Source: an uncultured delta proteobacterium (GTDB taxonomy: Bacteria; Desulfobacterota; Syntrophobacteria; BM002). From it: 64,000 nt of DNA. The position numbers and the translations under genes are program-made. Position 1 is the first letter of the stretch; each line of letters opens with the position of its first letter. The notes beneath the pieces were generated by a model. It saw only the letters and a program-made list of their open reading frames with translations. It was not told the DNA's origin and did no database searches. Below are positions 31,358 to 40,785 of this stretch, piece by piece. The stretch covers positions 64,001-128,000 of the forward strand of contig CAVQGX010000026.1 of the NCBI GenBank assembly GCA_963712115.1, written 5' to 3'.

Positions 31358-32614
31358 TTGTATCAGAAAACGGTTTTAGATAATGGTATGCGGGTGGTGA
31401 CTGAGCGGATCCCCCATCTGCATTCAGTGTCCATGGGTATCTGGCTGAATGTAGGCTCACGTGATGAGACAGAGAATGAAAGCGGCCTGACCCATTTCAT
31501 TGAGCACATGCTCTTTAAAGGGACAGACAAGAGAAGTGCTCAGGAGATTGCCAAACAGCTTGATGCTGTGGGGGGCATGTCCAACGCCTTCACCAGTAAA
31601 GAGAATACCTGCTTCCATGCAAAAGTGCTAGACACTCACCTACCCCTGGTCGTGGACATACTATCCGACATCTTCCTCCATTCCGTATTCGATCGCGCCG
31701 AAGTGGAACGGGAGCGAGAGGTGATCCTCCAAGAAATTAATATGGTGGAGGACACTCCCGACGAATATGTGCATATACTTTTCAATCGGAACTTCTGGGA
31801 TGGTAACCCAATGGCTCGCCCGATTTTTGGTAGCATCAAGACCGTGCAAAGCTTTACCCAGGAGATGATTCTTGGCTACCTGAATCGCGGCTACCATCCT
31901 GATCGAATTGTTTTGAGCGCTGCCGGCAACTTGAACCATGAGAAATTTCTCGAACTGGTGGAACCTGCCTTTAACAATATAAAGAGACATTCACACACTC
32001 TCAATCGGAAAATTCCTAGCATCAACTCCAGGGTTGAGCTTTATCCAAGGGATCTCGAACAGATCCACCTTTGCCTTGGCGCCAGGGGGACCTCGTTGGT
32101 TGAAAAGGAGCGATACAGCTGCAGTATATTGAATGTAATCCTTGGCGGGAGTATGAGTTCACGTCTGTTTCAGGAGGTGAGAGAACGGAGGGGTCTGGCC
32201 TATTCGATCTACTCTTTCCTCTCCTCACACACCGATGCTGGGATGGTGGGAATTTATGGGGCGGTGAGGCCTCACAATATCAAGGAAACTCTTGATTTGG
32301 TGCGCCATGAACTCCGCCGCTTCAAAGAGGAGCCCATTAGTGACGCCGAACTGCGAGCCGCAAAAGAACACATCAAGGGAGGAATCTACCTGGCCGCAGA
32401 AAATACAGACAATCGGATGAGCCGTCTTGCAAAGAATGAAATTATTTTCGAACGTTTCGTTCCTTATGAAGAAATAGAGGCGGGTCTTGAAAGGGTTACG
32501 GTTGAAGAGGTTCAGACCCTAGCTCAACAACTCTTCCGACCGGAATACATGTCCTTGGTACTGCTGGGGCAGGTGGATGGGCTCAATGTAGACCAATCGT
32601 ATTTGGACATTTGA
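31358..32614 (+). CDS. M16 family (pitrilysin-like) zinc peptidase
   Basis: HFIEH inverted zincin motif, NAFTSKE and SSRLFQEVRERRGLAY; conserved position after pnp. Confidence 0.95.
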   Translation: MYQKTVLDNGMRVVTERIPHLHSVSMGIWLNVGSRDETENESGLTHFIEHMLFKGTDKRSAQEIAKQLDAVGGMSNAFTSKENTCFHAKVLDTHLPLVVDILSDIFLHSVFDRAEVEREREVILQEINMVEDTPDEYVHILFNRNFWDGNPMARPIFGSIKTVQSFTQEMILGYLNRGYHPDRIVLSAAGNLNHEKFLELVEPAFNNIKRHSHTLNRKIPSINSRVELYPRDLEQIHLCLGARGTSLVEKERYSCSILNVILGGSMSSRLFQEVRERRGLAYSIYSFLSSHTDAGMVGIYGAVRPHNIKETLDLVRHELRRFKEEPISDAELRAAKEHIKGGIYLAAENTDNRMSRLAKNEIIFERFVPYEEIEAGLERVTVEEVQTLAQQLFRPEYMSLVLLGQVDGLNVDQSYLDI

Positions 32615-32631
32615 GCTAAGCAGCTTTGGCA

Positions 32632-32775
32632 GGGCATAGAGCATAGGGCATGGGGCATGGAGTCAAAGTCCAGGATTCAGGAGAAAAGCAATCAAAATTA
32701 AGTTCTTCTCAGCTACTTGTTGCTCACTGCTGGCTACTTCTTTACGGTGCCTAGTGTTTAGTGCTTAGTGCCTGG
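32632..32775 (+). repeat. Family R1 copy 2
   Basis: GCATAGR/GCATGGR array, CAGGATTCAGGAGAAAAGCAATCAAAATT core and TGCCTAG/TGCTTAG array. Confidence 0.75.
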
Positions 32776-32817
32776 TGGTTTTTGTGCAATCTACAATCTG
32801 CAATCAATAGACCTGCC

Positions 32818-33309
32818 ATGACCAAAACAGCAAATCCGAGGACAGAAACCCGTAACCAAACACTCTCCATCCCTATCAGTCGTCTGAGGGGAGATGCTGA
32901 CCAAGACCTGCCATTACCCCAATACATGAGCGATGGGGCAGCAGGAATGGATCTTTTCGCTGCCGTGGATGAAGATCTGACCATCCAACCCCATGAGGCT
33001 GTATTGGTACCAACCGGTTTAGCGGTGGCCATACCCGAGGGGTTCGAAGGACAGGTAAGAGCACGGAGTGGCCTGGCTGTTGCCCATGGCCTTGCAGTGA
33101 TCAACGCACCTGGAACCATAGACAGCGATTACCGCGGGGAAATCAAGGTGGCCCTGATCAATTTAGGGAAAAAGCCTTTCACCATTCACCGGGGCGACCG
33201 TATTGCCCAGATGATCATTAACCGAGTTTACCGGGTACAATGGGATCTCAAGGAGAGTCTGGAGGCAACCGAACGAAATGAGGGGGGCTTCGGGCACACG
33301 GGCCGCTAG
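32818..33309 (+). CDS. dut: dUTP diphosphatase
   Basis: AGMDL, RSGLA, GTIDSDYRGE, RIAQ and RNEGGFGHTG motifs. Confidence 0.97.
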   Translation: MTKTANPRTETRNQTLSIPISRLRGDADQDLPLPQYMSDGAAGMDLFAAVDEDLTIQPHEAVLVPTGLAVAIPEGFEGQVRARSGLAVAHGLAVINAPGTIDSDYRGEIKVALINLGKKPFTIHRGDRIAQMIINRVYRVQWDLKESLEATERNEGGFGHTGR

Positions 33310-33332
33310 CAGCTCGGCAAAGAGCCGAGCTG

Positions 33333-33560
33333 AAATTCCAAATCCTAAGCACGAAGCACGAAACAAATCCGAATGACCAAAGCACAAAATTCAAAATCAT
33401 AAGGTTAGGGGATTAGGGTGTTTGAATTCAGGCTCCCAGGCCGCAGCCCAGATGTTTTGGTCATTTGAATTTAGGATTTTGAATTTGTTTAGGATTTAGA
33501 CCCGCCTGCCTCGCCTTGCTCGCATGGCGGGCAGGTATTAGATATTCGGATTTGAATTGA
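33333..33560. repeat. AAATCC/GGATTT-type palindromic element (family R4)
   Basis: AAATCCTAAGCACGAAGCACGAAACAAATCCGAATGACCAAA ... TTTGGTCATTTGAATTTAGGATTTTGAATTTGTTTAGGATTT; relatives at ~51055-51196 and ~55621-55782. Confidence 0.75.
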
Positions 33561-33605
33561 GCCAGATGTTGTGATCTAGTTGTTAGGGAACTACCTGAGG
33601 GCGAA

Positions 33606-34388
33606 ATGGGGATCAAACTTTCTGTGCTGGCTAGTGGCTCGAAGGGCAATAGCATCTACCTTGCAACTGAGCGGGTGCGTCTGCTGATAGATGCCGGCCT
33701 AAGTGGGCGGGAGACCAAGCGGCGACTGGCCACTATGGGTGTCGACCCCAAAGATCTTGCTGGGATCATCGTCACTCATGAACACCTGGACCACGTCCGG
33801 GGCCTGGGTAGTCTTGCCAGGAGATATAAGCTGCCGGTTTATCTAAACCAGTTGACCCATGCTCATCTACCGGAGACGGTGGGGCAACTGGGGGAGAAAG
33901 TGGAGTTTGGCACTGGTAGGAGTTTCTCCGTTGGAGACATCACCATTCATCCTTTTGCCATTTCGCACGATGCCGCAGACCCAGTAGGGTTTGCTTTGGT
34001 CAATGGCTCAGTCAAGGTTGGAGTTTGTACAGACCTGGGAGCGGCTACCAACCTGGTCCATCGCCATCTTGAACACTGCTCCATCCTGGTTCTGGAGGCA
34101 AACCACGATGTTGAGATGCTGAAAAATGGCCCCTATCCCTGGCCGGTGAAACAGCGAATCAGAAGTAGATTTGGCCATCTTTCCAATGAGCAGTCGGTAA
34201 AAGTTATCTCTCAAGTCTTTAGCGAAGATCTACAGGAGGTGATCTTTGCTCATGTGAGCGAGACCAACAATTCCTCAGAAATGATTTTGAAGACCTTTGC
34301 TAGTAGGCTTCCCCGCCACATGCGGGACCGGTTGAGGATCAACCTGGCCTGCCAGCACCATCCGGTTGAGCCCAAAGTTCTTCTCTGA
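33606..34388 (+). CDS. MBL-fold metallo-hydrolase (YycJ/WalJ-like)
   Basis: LASGSKGNS, THEHLDH, SHDAADP, EANHD and GHLSN. Confidence 0.9.
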   Translation: MGIKLSVLASGSKGNSIYLATERVRLLIDAGLSGRETKRRLATMGVDPKDLAGIIVTHEHLDHVRGLGSLARRYKLPVYLNQLTHAHLPETVGQLGEKVEFGTGRSFSVGDITIHPFAISHDAADPVGFALVNGSVKVGVCTDLGAATNLVHRHLEHCSILVLEANHDVEMLKNGPYPWPVKQRIRSRFGHLSNEQSVKVISQVFSEDLQEVIFAHVSETNNSSEMILKTFASRLPRHMRDRLRINLACQHHPVEPKVLL

Positions 34389-34418
34389 CTAGCTTCTTCG
34401 ATCCCAGCAATACTGTAA

Positions 34419-34709
34419 TCAATCCTCTGCTAGTCCGCGATAGGTGCCGGCCGCTTTCAGGGCCGACACCATCTCAGCCGTGGTAATTATGCTCGGGTCG
34501 TAAATAACGGTGTTAATTTCCCGGAACCCGCGAAAACCTCTCTTTACCTCTTTGATGCCTTTCAACCCCTCCAGGGCTGACTTGCCCACATCGTATCAGC
34601 TAACGTAAAAGACGATTTTAGCAAGGGGCTGGTCCTTTGACTGAACCGCCCCTGCCCAAATAGATCCGACGAGTAGAAAAGTCATAATTATTGCAGCAAT
34701 GACTCTCAT
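34419..34709 (-). CDS. Putative exported selenoprotein, minimal MsrA-like/HMA-like fold, 96 aa, Sec at codon 38
   Basis: GGAGAG RBS; ATG 34709; signal peptide; in-frame TGA at 34596-34598, then 58 more sense codons. Translation MRVIAAIIMTFLLVGSIWAGAVQSKDQPLAKIVFYVS-U-YDVGKSALEGLKGIKEVKRGFRGFREINTVIYDPSIITTAEMVSALKAAGTYRGLAED. Downstream SECIS-like hairpin. Confidence 0.8.
34554..34592 (-). promoter_or_regulatory. Bacterial SECIS-like hairpin
   Basis: mRNA after UGA: GAUGU...UCAGCCC-UGGAG-GGGUUGA...GCAUC; G-containing apical loop about 22 nt after the UGA. Confidence 0.7.
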
Positions 34710-34729
34710 GATGAACTCTCCGTTTCTAA

Positions 34730-35929
34730 TCACTCGAACAGCTTCCGGTATTTCCCGTAGCTTTCCTTTTCCAAGTCCGGTTTGGGGACGAATCGTAGGG
34801 CGGCTGAGTTGATGCAGTAGCGCAGACCCGTGGGCTTGGGCCCGTCGTTGAATACATGGCCAAGGTGCGAGTCGCCGTGCTTGCTCCGTATCTCGGTACG
34901 AGTCGTCAAAAAACTCCGGTCTGTCTTCTCTACTATATTATCTGGCTCCAAAGGCTGGGTGAAGCTGGGCCAGCCCGTTCCAGAGTCGAACTTATCCTTT
35001 GAGCTGAAGAGAGGCTCCCCCGAGACAATGTCCACGTAGATGCCCATCTCGTGGTTATTCCAGTATGCGTTGTTGAAGGGGGGTTCAGTACCGTTTTCCT
35101 GGGTGACCTGGTATTGCATAGGCGTCAATTGCCGGCGCAATTCCTCCTTGTCAGGACGGTTGTACATCCGGCCGGCCTCCATGTCCGATGCCATACCGCC
35201 GCCCATCTTTTCTTTCATTTTGTCCGGGGTCATTGGGGTCTCTTTCATCTCATCTTTCATCCCGGAATTCATCTCGGCTTTGGCCTCCGGCTTCATGTCT
35301 GACTCCATGTCTCCCCATACTTGCTTCAGGAATTGGTCCCGACCGGAGCCGTGACGGTACCAGCGGTAGCGGATCGGGTTCCTTTTGTAGTAATCCTGGT
35401 GATAGTCCTCTGCCGGGTAAAAGGGCCCGAGGGGAAGGATATCGGTTACTATGGGCTTGTCGAAGCGGCCCGATGCCGCCAATCTTTTCTTGGAGGCTTC
35501 AGCCAAACTGCGCTCTTGCTCGTTACTGTAGAAGATAACACTGCGGTATTGGGAGCCGCGGTCCACGAACTGGCCGTCTCCATCGGTGGGGTCCACATGC
35601 ATCCAGAACACCTCGAGGAGCTCCTCGTAGGTGACCTTGGCCGGGTGGTAAACTACCTTCACGGTCTCTACGTGCCCGGTCCCTCCTTTGGAGACCTGTT
35701 TGTAGGTGGGATTGGCAACGTTGCCGCCGGTGTAACCCGAGATAGCTTCGATCACTCCGTCGACTTTCTCAAAATCGGATTCCGTGCACCAGAAACAGCC
35801 ACCGGCAAAATAGGCCGCCCGGGTGCTCTGGGGTTTATCCTGCATCTTTTTCTCCATTTTTCCAGTTACCTGATGGTAGCCTAAGAGGACCATTACCAGG
35901 ATGATAACCGTTATATTTAAAGTTTTCAT
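34730..35929 (-). CDS. msrAB: Exported bifunctional methionine sulfoxide reductase MsrA-MsrB with Met-rich linker
   Basis: AAGGAG RBS; hydrophobic N-terminus; [18 protein letters not shown]; Msr[15 protein letters not shown] and RYCINS. Confidence 0.95.
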   Translation of the reverse strand: MKTLNITVIILVMVLLGYHQVTGKMEKKMQDKPQSTRAAYFAGGCFWCTESDFEKVDGVIEAISGYTGGNVANPTYKQVSKGGTGHVETVKVVYHPAKVTYEELLEVFWMHVDPTDGDGQFVDRGSQYRSVIFYSNEQERSLAEASKKRLAASGRFDKPIVTDILPLGPFYPAEDYHQDYYKRNPIRYRWYRHGSGRDQFLKQVWGDMESDMKPEAKAEMNSGMKDEMKETPMTPDKMKEKMGGGMASDMEAGRMYNRPDKEELRRQLTPMQYQVTQENGTEPPFNNAYWNNHEMGIYVDIVSGEPLFSSKDKFDSGTGWPSFTQPLEPDNIVEKTDRSFLTTRTEIRSKHGDSHLGHVFNDGPKPTGLRYCINSAALRFVPKPDLEKESYGKYRKLFE

Positions 35930-36022
35930 AAGACATCTCCTTAGTTTCTGCCCATCTAATATGGTTCCGGTCCAAAGAGACCGGAGTTTATTTTTTCTCT
36001 GGATCAATAATAAGACTGAATA

Positions 36023-36063
36023 TTAAAGATGGTGTAAAGAAACTGTAAAGATTGGGTAAAGAT
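36023..36063 (-). promoter_or_regulatory. Four 11-bp-phased direct repeats (probable OmpR-family binding site) upstream of msrAB
   Basis: (T/G)TAAAGA(T/A) at 36023, 36034, 36045 and 36056; TATTAT just downstream on the minus strand. Confidence 0.7.
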
Positions 36064-36097
36064 TTAGGGTGGGACTCCGCTGGGAGGAATAAATGGG

Positions 36098-37183
36098 TCA
36101 ATCGACCCGTGGGGGTGGGTTCATGGGAAGCTCGAACCAGATTTGCATGCTACCCTTGAGCAGTTCAGCGCCCACCGAGCCGCTGTGGGCCTCGACCAGT
36201 TCCTTGACGATGGCCAAACCGATGCCTGCCCCGCCGTGCTCACGTGAGCGGGACTTTTCCCCTCGGTAAAACCGCTCAAATATAAAGGGAAGATCTTCTT
36301 CGGCTATTTCCCCACCGGTGTTGGTAAAAACAACCTTGATAGCTCGTGGCTTTAGTTCAGTTGAGACCGTGACCGCTCCACCAGACGGGGTATACTGCCA
36401 GGAGTTTTGCAGGAGATTATTTAGTATCTGCGACAAATGATGGGGATCAGCCCAAAGGTTTTTTTCGCCATCGGCAAAATGAGTCTCCACCCTGAGCTCT
36501 TTTTCTTCAAGCTGGGAACGAAAGGATTCGAGCATTTGAGTAATCAGATCGACAATATTGATCTCCACTTTACGGAGGCTTGCCTTGGCGGCGTCGGCCT
36601 TGGCCAGCCGAAGGATGTCTTCCACTAATTGCACCAGGCGGAATGTCTCCTCCTGAAGCAACTCGAAGGTCTCCTCAGAGGGGCTGACCACCCCGTCAGT
36701 CAGGGCCTCGAGATATCCTTTTATGTTGGTCAGGGGAGTCCTGAGCTCATGGGCCACGTCGATCATCATCGTCTTCCGCAGTTGCTCGATCTTTTGAAGG
36801 CTTTCAGCCATGCGGTTAAAGGCCAGAGCCAGCTGAGCAACTTCATCTTGAGATTTCACTGGAACGCTGGCTGAGTAGTCGCCAGAAGCGATCTTGCTTG
36901 TGATCTCAGTCATCTGAGTGAGGGGGTGCAAAATTCTTCTCATAAGCAAGAAGCTGAAACCAACAGCCAGCACAAGAGCCCCAAGACTGGCCCAGACCAG
37001 ATAGCGATGAACCGCGCTCAAGAACATTTGATGACTCGATGTTGGAGAGATATTGTATTTCTCCATCAGAGTCATGAAGTAGCCGGCGGCGAGGTAGTCA
37101 ACCGCCAGCCATACCATAATGATAACGAATCCAATGACGAGGACATTAATCCCGAGGAGTTTCCACAGGAGTCGATTTTTCAC
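36098..37183 (-). CDS. Sensor histidine kinase (BaeS-like; TM-short loop-TM-HAMP-HisKA-HATPase)
   Basis: DVAHELRTPL, NNLLQNS, IFERFYR and GAGIGLAIV. Confidence 0.93.
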   Translation of the reverse strand: MKNRLLWKLLGINVLVIGFVIIMVWLAVDYLAAGYFMTLMEKYNISPTSSHQMFLSAVHRYLVWASLGALVLAVGFSFLLMRRILHPLTQMTEITSKIASGDYSASVPVKSQDEVAQLALAFNRMAESLQKIEQLRKTMMIDVAHELRTPLTNIKGYLEALTDGVVSPSEETFELLQEETFRLVQLVEDILRLAKADAAKASLRKVEINIVDLITQMLESFRSQLEEKELRVETHFADGEKNLWADPHHLSQILNNLLQNSWQYTPSGGAVTVSTELKPRAIKVVFTNTGGEIAEEDLPFIFERFYRGEKSRSREHGGAGIGLAIVKELVEAHSGSVGAELLKGSMQIWFELPMNPPPRVD

Positions 37184-37199
37184 GGCCTAATCCCCCCCT

Positions 37200-37898
37200 T
37201 CATGAGTCACTCTCCTCGGCGAACTGATATCCTATACCTCTCACGGTGAGAATGTGGCGAGGCCGCGACGAGTCCTCTTCGATCTTCTGCCTGAGTTTCC
37301 CGATATGGACGTCGATGACGCGGTCTATTACTGCTTCACCGTCTGGATAGAGCCGGTCCAGAAGTTCTGCGCGAGTAAACACCCTCCCGGGCCTGGTTAT
37401 CAAAGCTTTGAGGAGGTTGTACTCATGAACTGTGAGAGAAATAGCCCGCCCTTTTAGGCTCACCTTACGCTTATCCAGATCCAGAACGAGATCTTTATGT
37501 GACCAGACAGTTTTTTTGGCAGTGGTGTCCGAACGTGCTCTCCTGAGAATGGCTTTAACCCTTGCCACCAGTTCCCGAGGACTGAAGGGTTTCACCACAT
37601 AGTCATCAGCCCCCAATGTCAGCCCCGAAATGCGGTCAACCTCTTCCCCTCTGGCGGTGAGCATGAGGATAGGAACATCCGACCAACTCCTGAGCTCCCG
37701 GCAGACTTCCCAGCCATCAACAAGAGGAAGCATGAGATCGAGAACCACCAGCATGGGGTTGTGATGACGAGCCAGTTTTAGGGCTTCCCGGCCATCAGAA
37801 GCGACAACAGTCTGGAACCCTTCCCGCTGTAAGTAGAGTTCTACTAGGGAAGCGGTCTTTTTATCGTCTTCCACAATTAGAATTGGTTGCTGAATCAT
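37200..37898 (-). CDS. OmpR-family response regulator
   Basis: IVEDD, LDLMLP, GADDYVVKPF and winged-helix IDVHIGKLRQKIE..TVRGIGY. Confidence 0.95.
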   Translation of the reverse strand: MIQQPILIVEDDKKTASLVELYLQREGFQTVVASDGREALKLARHHNPMLVVLDLMLPLVDGWEVCRELRSWSDVPILMLTARGEEVDRISGLTLGADDYVVKPFSPRELVARVKAILRRARSDTTAKKTVWSHKDLVLDLDKRKVSLKGRAISLTVHEYNLLKALITRPGRVFTRAELLDRLYPDGEAVIDRVIDVHIGKLRQKIEEDSSRPRHILTVRGIGYQFAEESDS

Positions 37899-37920
37899 CG
37901 AGGAGCCCCTATTGGGCAAA

Positions 37921-38310
37921 CTAGCCTTCTTCGGCGCCGGCCACGAACAGGTCGTAGTCAGGTTTGCTCATCAGTTCGTCGAGTTCGGTGACTTCTTTGA
38001 TGGCCAGGGTTGCGATCCAGCCCTTACCATAGGTGTCTTGATTTATCAGGTCAGGAGCGTCTTCGAGTTCCTCATTCACTTTCAGAACTTTGCCTGATAT
38101 GGGGGCGGGGAGCTCAACACTGGCTTTTCCTGATTCCACCGCGGCAAAAGGTTCGTTCTTAATGACTTCATCGCCAACCTCTGGAAGCTCCACATAAATG
38201 ATGGTGCCAAGGGCTTCGGCAGCAAAGTCGGAAATGCCCACCTGTGCACCATCATCGTTAGGTTGCACATAGACGTGATCTTGACTGATTTTCAAAACTC
38301 CCTTTGCCAT
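37921..38310 (-). CDS. gcvH: Glycine cleavage H-like lipoyl carrier protein
   Basis: VGISDFA..LGTIIYVELP..VESGKAS (lipoyl Lys)..INQDTYGKGWI; AGGAGG RBS. Confidence 0.88.
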   Translation of the reverse strand: MAKGVLKISQDHVYVQPNDDGAQVGISDFAAEALGTIIYVELPEVGDEVIKNEPFAAVESGKASVELPAPISGKVLKVNEELEDAPDLINQDTYGKGWIATLAIKEVTELDELMSKPDYDLFVAGAEEG

Positions 38311-38411
38311 GTCGCCTCCTTTTGCTGTCCGTTGTTCCGCCTGAGGCGGATCCGTAGTCCGTTGCCAGGAGGGCATAGCGCAGAGCGCATGGCGCATAGC
38401 GTTTTGCCCAT

Positions 38412-39155
38412 TTATTTAGAAAGGATGGCAGGGCCGGGACTCATCCCCGCCCGAGCATTCGCATCTTCGATCTGAACTCGTGCAAAGACTTCAGTTGGTG
38501 AAATTTCACGCCATTTTCCAGGAAAAAGCTCAACAAATCTGCCCACAACCTTCTGGACCACCTCTTCCATGCTGGGATTTTCTCCCAGCAACTTAGCCAT
38601 TGAAGTCACCTGCTCGCTTTTGAGTTCGCAGGGGTTAATGTGGCAAAAATGGTCCATATTGGGGGAGACGTTCAGGGCGAAGCCATGAAAGCTGACCCAT
38701 CGCCTGATGGCAACGCCGAGGGCGGCCACCTTTAGGTGTGAGACCCAGACGCCTCGGTGTAACGGGTCACGGCCAGCTTGAATGCCAAAATCGGCCAGAA
38801 CCTGGATTATGGTTTCCTCGAGCAAATCGACATACCTGCGGATGGAGAGATCCCGTTGACTTAGATCAACTATGGGATAGACTACCAACTGCCCTGGGCC
38901 GTGGTAGGTGACATCTCCTCCTCGTTCAACTGGATGAACCTGAATTCCCTCAGAGGCGAGCTCTGCCGAAGTTGACAAAATGTTGGTTCTGTTCCCCCGC
39001 CGGCCTAAGGTGATAACCGGCTCGTGCTCCACCAGCAGCAGAGTGTCAACCACTAGGTTCCCCTGACGCAGTTCAACCAGTCGTCTCTGCAGGTCGAGTA
39101 CGTCGAGGTATCTGGCGCGACCTAGGTTTACAATCCAACCATCACTGTTTGTCAT
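38412..39155 (-). CDS. lipB: Lipoyl(octanoyl) transferase
   Basis: EHEPVITLG, RGGDVTYHGPGQLVVYP, HGFALN and INPC. Confidence 0.95.
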   Translation of the reverse strand: MTNSDGWIVNLGRARYLDVLDLQRRLVELRQGNLVVDTLLLVEHEPVITLGRRGNRTNILSTSAELASEGIQVHPVERGGDVTYHGPGQLVVYPIVDLSQRDLSIRRYVDLLEETIIQVLADFGIQAGRDPLHRGVWVSHLKVAALGVAIRRWVSFHGFALNVSPNMDHFCHINPCELKSEQVTSMAKLLGENPSMEEVVQKVVGRFVELFPGKWREISPTEVFARVQIEDANARAGMSPGPAILSK

Positions 39156-39183
39156 CAATTTATTTCGCTTCTCTTTCGATCGT

Positions 39184-39364
39184 CATGGGCATAGGGCATG
39201 GAGCATGGGGCATAGAGTAAGAAGCCAGGAGTCAGAATCCAGAATTCGGGAGAAAAGCTATCAAAACAGAATTCCTCTCAATTTCTGGTATTTTCGCCGC
39301 GTCTCCGTCTCGCCGTTTCACCGCGTCGCCCTGCGGTGCCTAGTGTATAGTGCTTAGTGCCTAG
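39184..39364 (+). repeat. Family R1 copy 3
   Basis: Near-identical to the reverse complement of 16787..16963. Confidence 0.85.
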
Positions 39365-39368
39365 TGGG

Positions 39369-40766
39369 CTAAAGCCCAAGATCCAACTTATGAATCGAAA
39401 GACCCCTCGCATCCTCCACCGCCTCCCACAACGCTTCCGCAACAGTGGGGTGGGCATGTATAGTCCGAGCCATCTCGCTGAGGGTCACACCTTGGTTCAC
39501 GGCCACGGTACATTCAGCAATCAAAGTGCTGGCATCCGGGCCTATTATGTGTATGCCTATTACCCTTTCGTCCTTCTCCCGGGCGATTACTTTGACAAAA
39601 CCGTCTATTTCGCCGATGGCGTGTGATTTTCCCAGGGCGCGAAAAGGGAAAGATCCCTCGAGGTAGCCAATACCCTGTTCTTCGCACTGTTGGCTGGTAA
39701 GTCCAACGAAGGCAACCTCGGGACTGGTAAATATGGCCACAGGTACAGCGTATTCGTCCACTTTTGCTTCCTGATTTCCCAATCCATGCTCCACCGCGAC
39801 TATCCCTTGGTGAGAGGCAAAGTGAGCTAGCTCTCTTTTGCCGGTAACGTCGCCGATGGCATAAACTCCAGGCAAATTGGTCTGACAGTGCTGATCAACC
39901 TGGACATAGCTGTTCTGCAAATTGACGCCAGTGCCATGCAACCCTATCCCTCGAGAAACAGGAGTTCTTCCCACAGTAACGAGGACCGCTTCTGTCTCGA
40001 TACGTTTGCCAGAGTCAAGGGTGATTTCCACGCCAGATGAGGTGTGGGAAGCAGCGACAGGAGGGTCTCCAAGATGCAGTCTTATTTTTCGTTTTTTTAG
40101 GGCTCGAATGAGTGCTTTGTTGATGTCCCGATCCAGGTCCTTAATAGGTTCCTTGCTGCGCTTGGTCATATGGATGGTGGAGCCAAGAGCACTGAAGAGC
40201 AGGGCGAATTCACACCCAGATACACCACCGCCCACAATAAAGAGGCTTTCGGGAATCTTTGTCAATTCCAGCATGCTGCGGGTGTTAAACACTTTCTTAT
40301 GGTCCCAGGGCAAGAGATCTAGGGGTAGGGGTTCTGATCCGGTAGCTATGATGAGCTGTTTGCCGCGAACCCTCTGGATTTGCCCATCCTTCGTCTCAAC
40401 CTCAACCTCTCCTGGGCCTCGCACCTCTCCTCTGCCCAGGATCAGGTTAACTTTGTGTTTCTTGAACAATCGTTCGACTCCTTCACGGAGCTCTGCCACA
40501 ATCCGCTGGTTTCTACCAACAATCTTGTCCAAATGAGCAACAGGGTGCTGGCAACTCAGGCCAAATGCTTCCGCCTGGCGCATTTGTTCAAATAGGACGG
40601 CGGATTTGTACATGGCCTTGGTAGGAATGCAACCCCAGTTGAGACAGGTCCCGCCCACCAGTTCCTTTTCGATAATGCAGACTTTGGCTCCTAGTTGGGC
40701 GGCCCGAATAGCTGCTACGTAACCACCTGGTCCGGCTCCTAAGATGATCGTATCGTAATGAGACAT
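39369..40766 (-). CDS. lpdA: Dihydrolipoyl dehydrogenase
   Basis: GAGPGGYVAA, GGTCLNWGCIP and HAHPTVAE. Confidence 0.95.
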   Translation of the reverse strand: MSHYDTIILGAGPGGYVAAIRAAQLGAKVCIIEKELVGGTCLNWGCIPTKAMYKSAVLFEQMRQAEAFGLSCQHPVAHLDKIVGRNQRIVAELREGVERLFKKHKVNLILGRGEVRGPGEVEVETKDGQIQRVRGKQLIIATGSEPLPLDLLPWDHKKVFNTRSMLELTKIPESLFIVGGGVSGCEFALLFSALGSTIHMTKRSKEPIKDLDRDINKALIRALKKRKIRLHLGDPPVAASHTSSGVEITLDSGKRIETEAVLVTVGRTPVSRGIGLHGTGVNLQNSYVQVDQHCQTNLPGVYAIGDVTGKRELAHFASHQGIVAVEHGLGNQEAKVDEYAVPVAIFTSPEVAFVGLTSQQCEEQGIGYLEGSFPFRALGKSHAIGEIDGFVKVIAREKDERVIGIHIIGPDASTLIAECTVAVNQGVTLSEMARTIHAHPTVAEALWEAVEDARGLSIHKLDLGL

Positions 40767-40785
40767 TAAACCTGGTCTCCTGCAC

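Noticed and set aside
37921-38397. N-terminal extensions in the ORF track for gcvH, dut, groES, msrAB, DUF4340, paaK and the 11047 ORF
   Set aside because: The extensions run through repeats, operators or neighbouring genes. Downstream ATGs with good RBS or family-typical starts were used instead.
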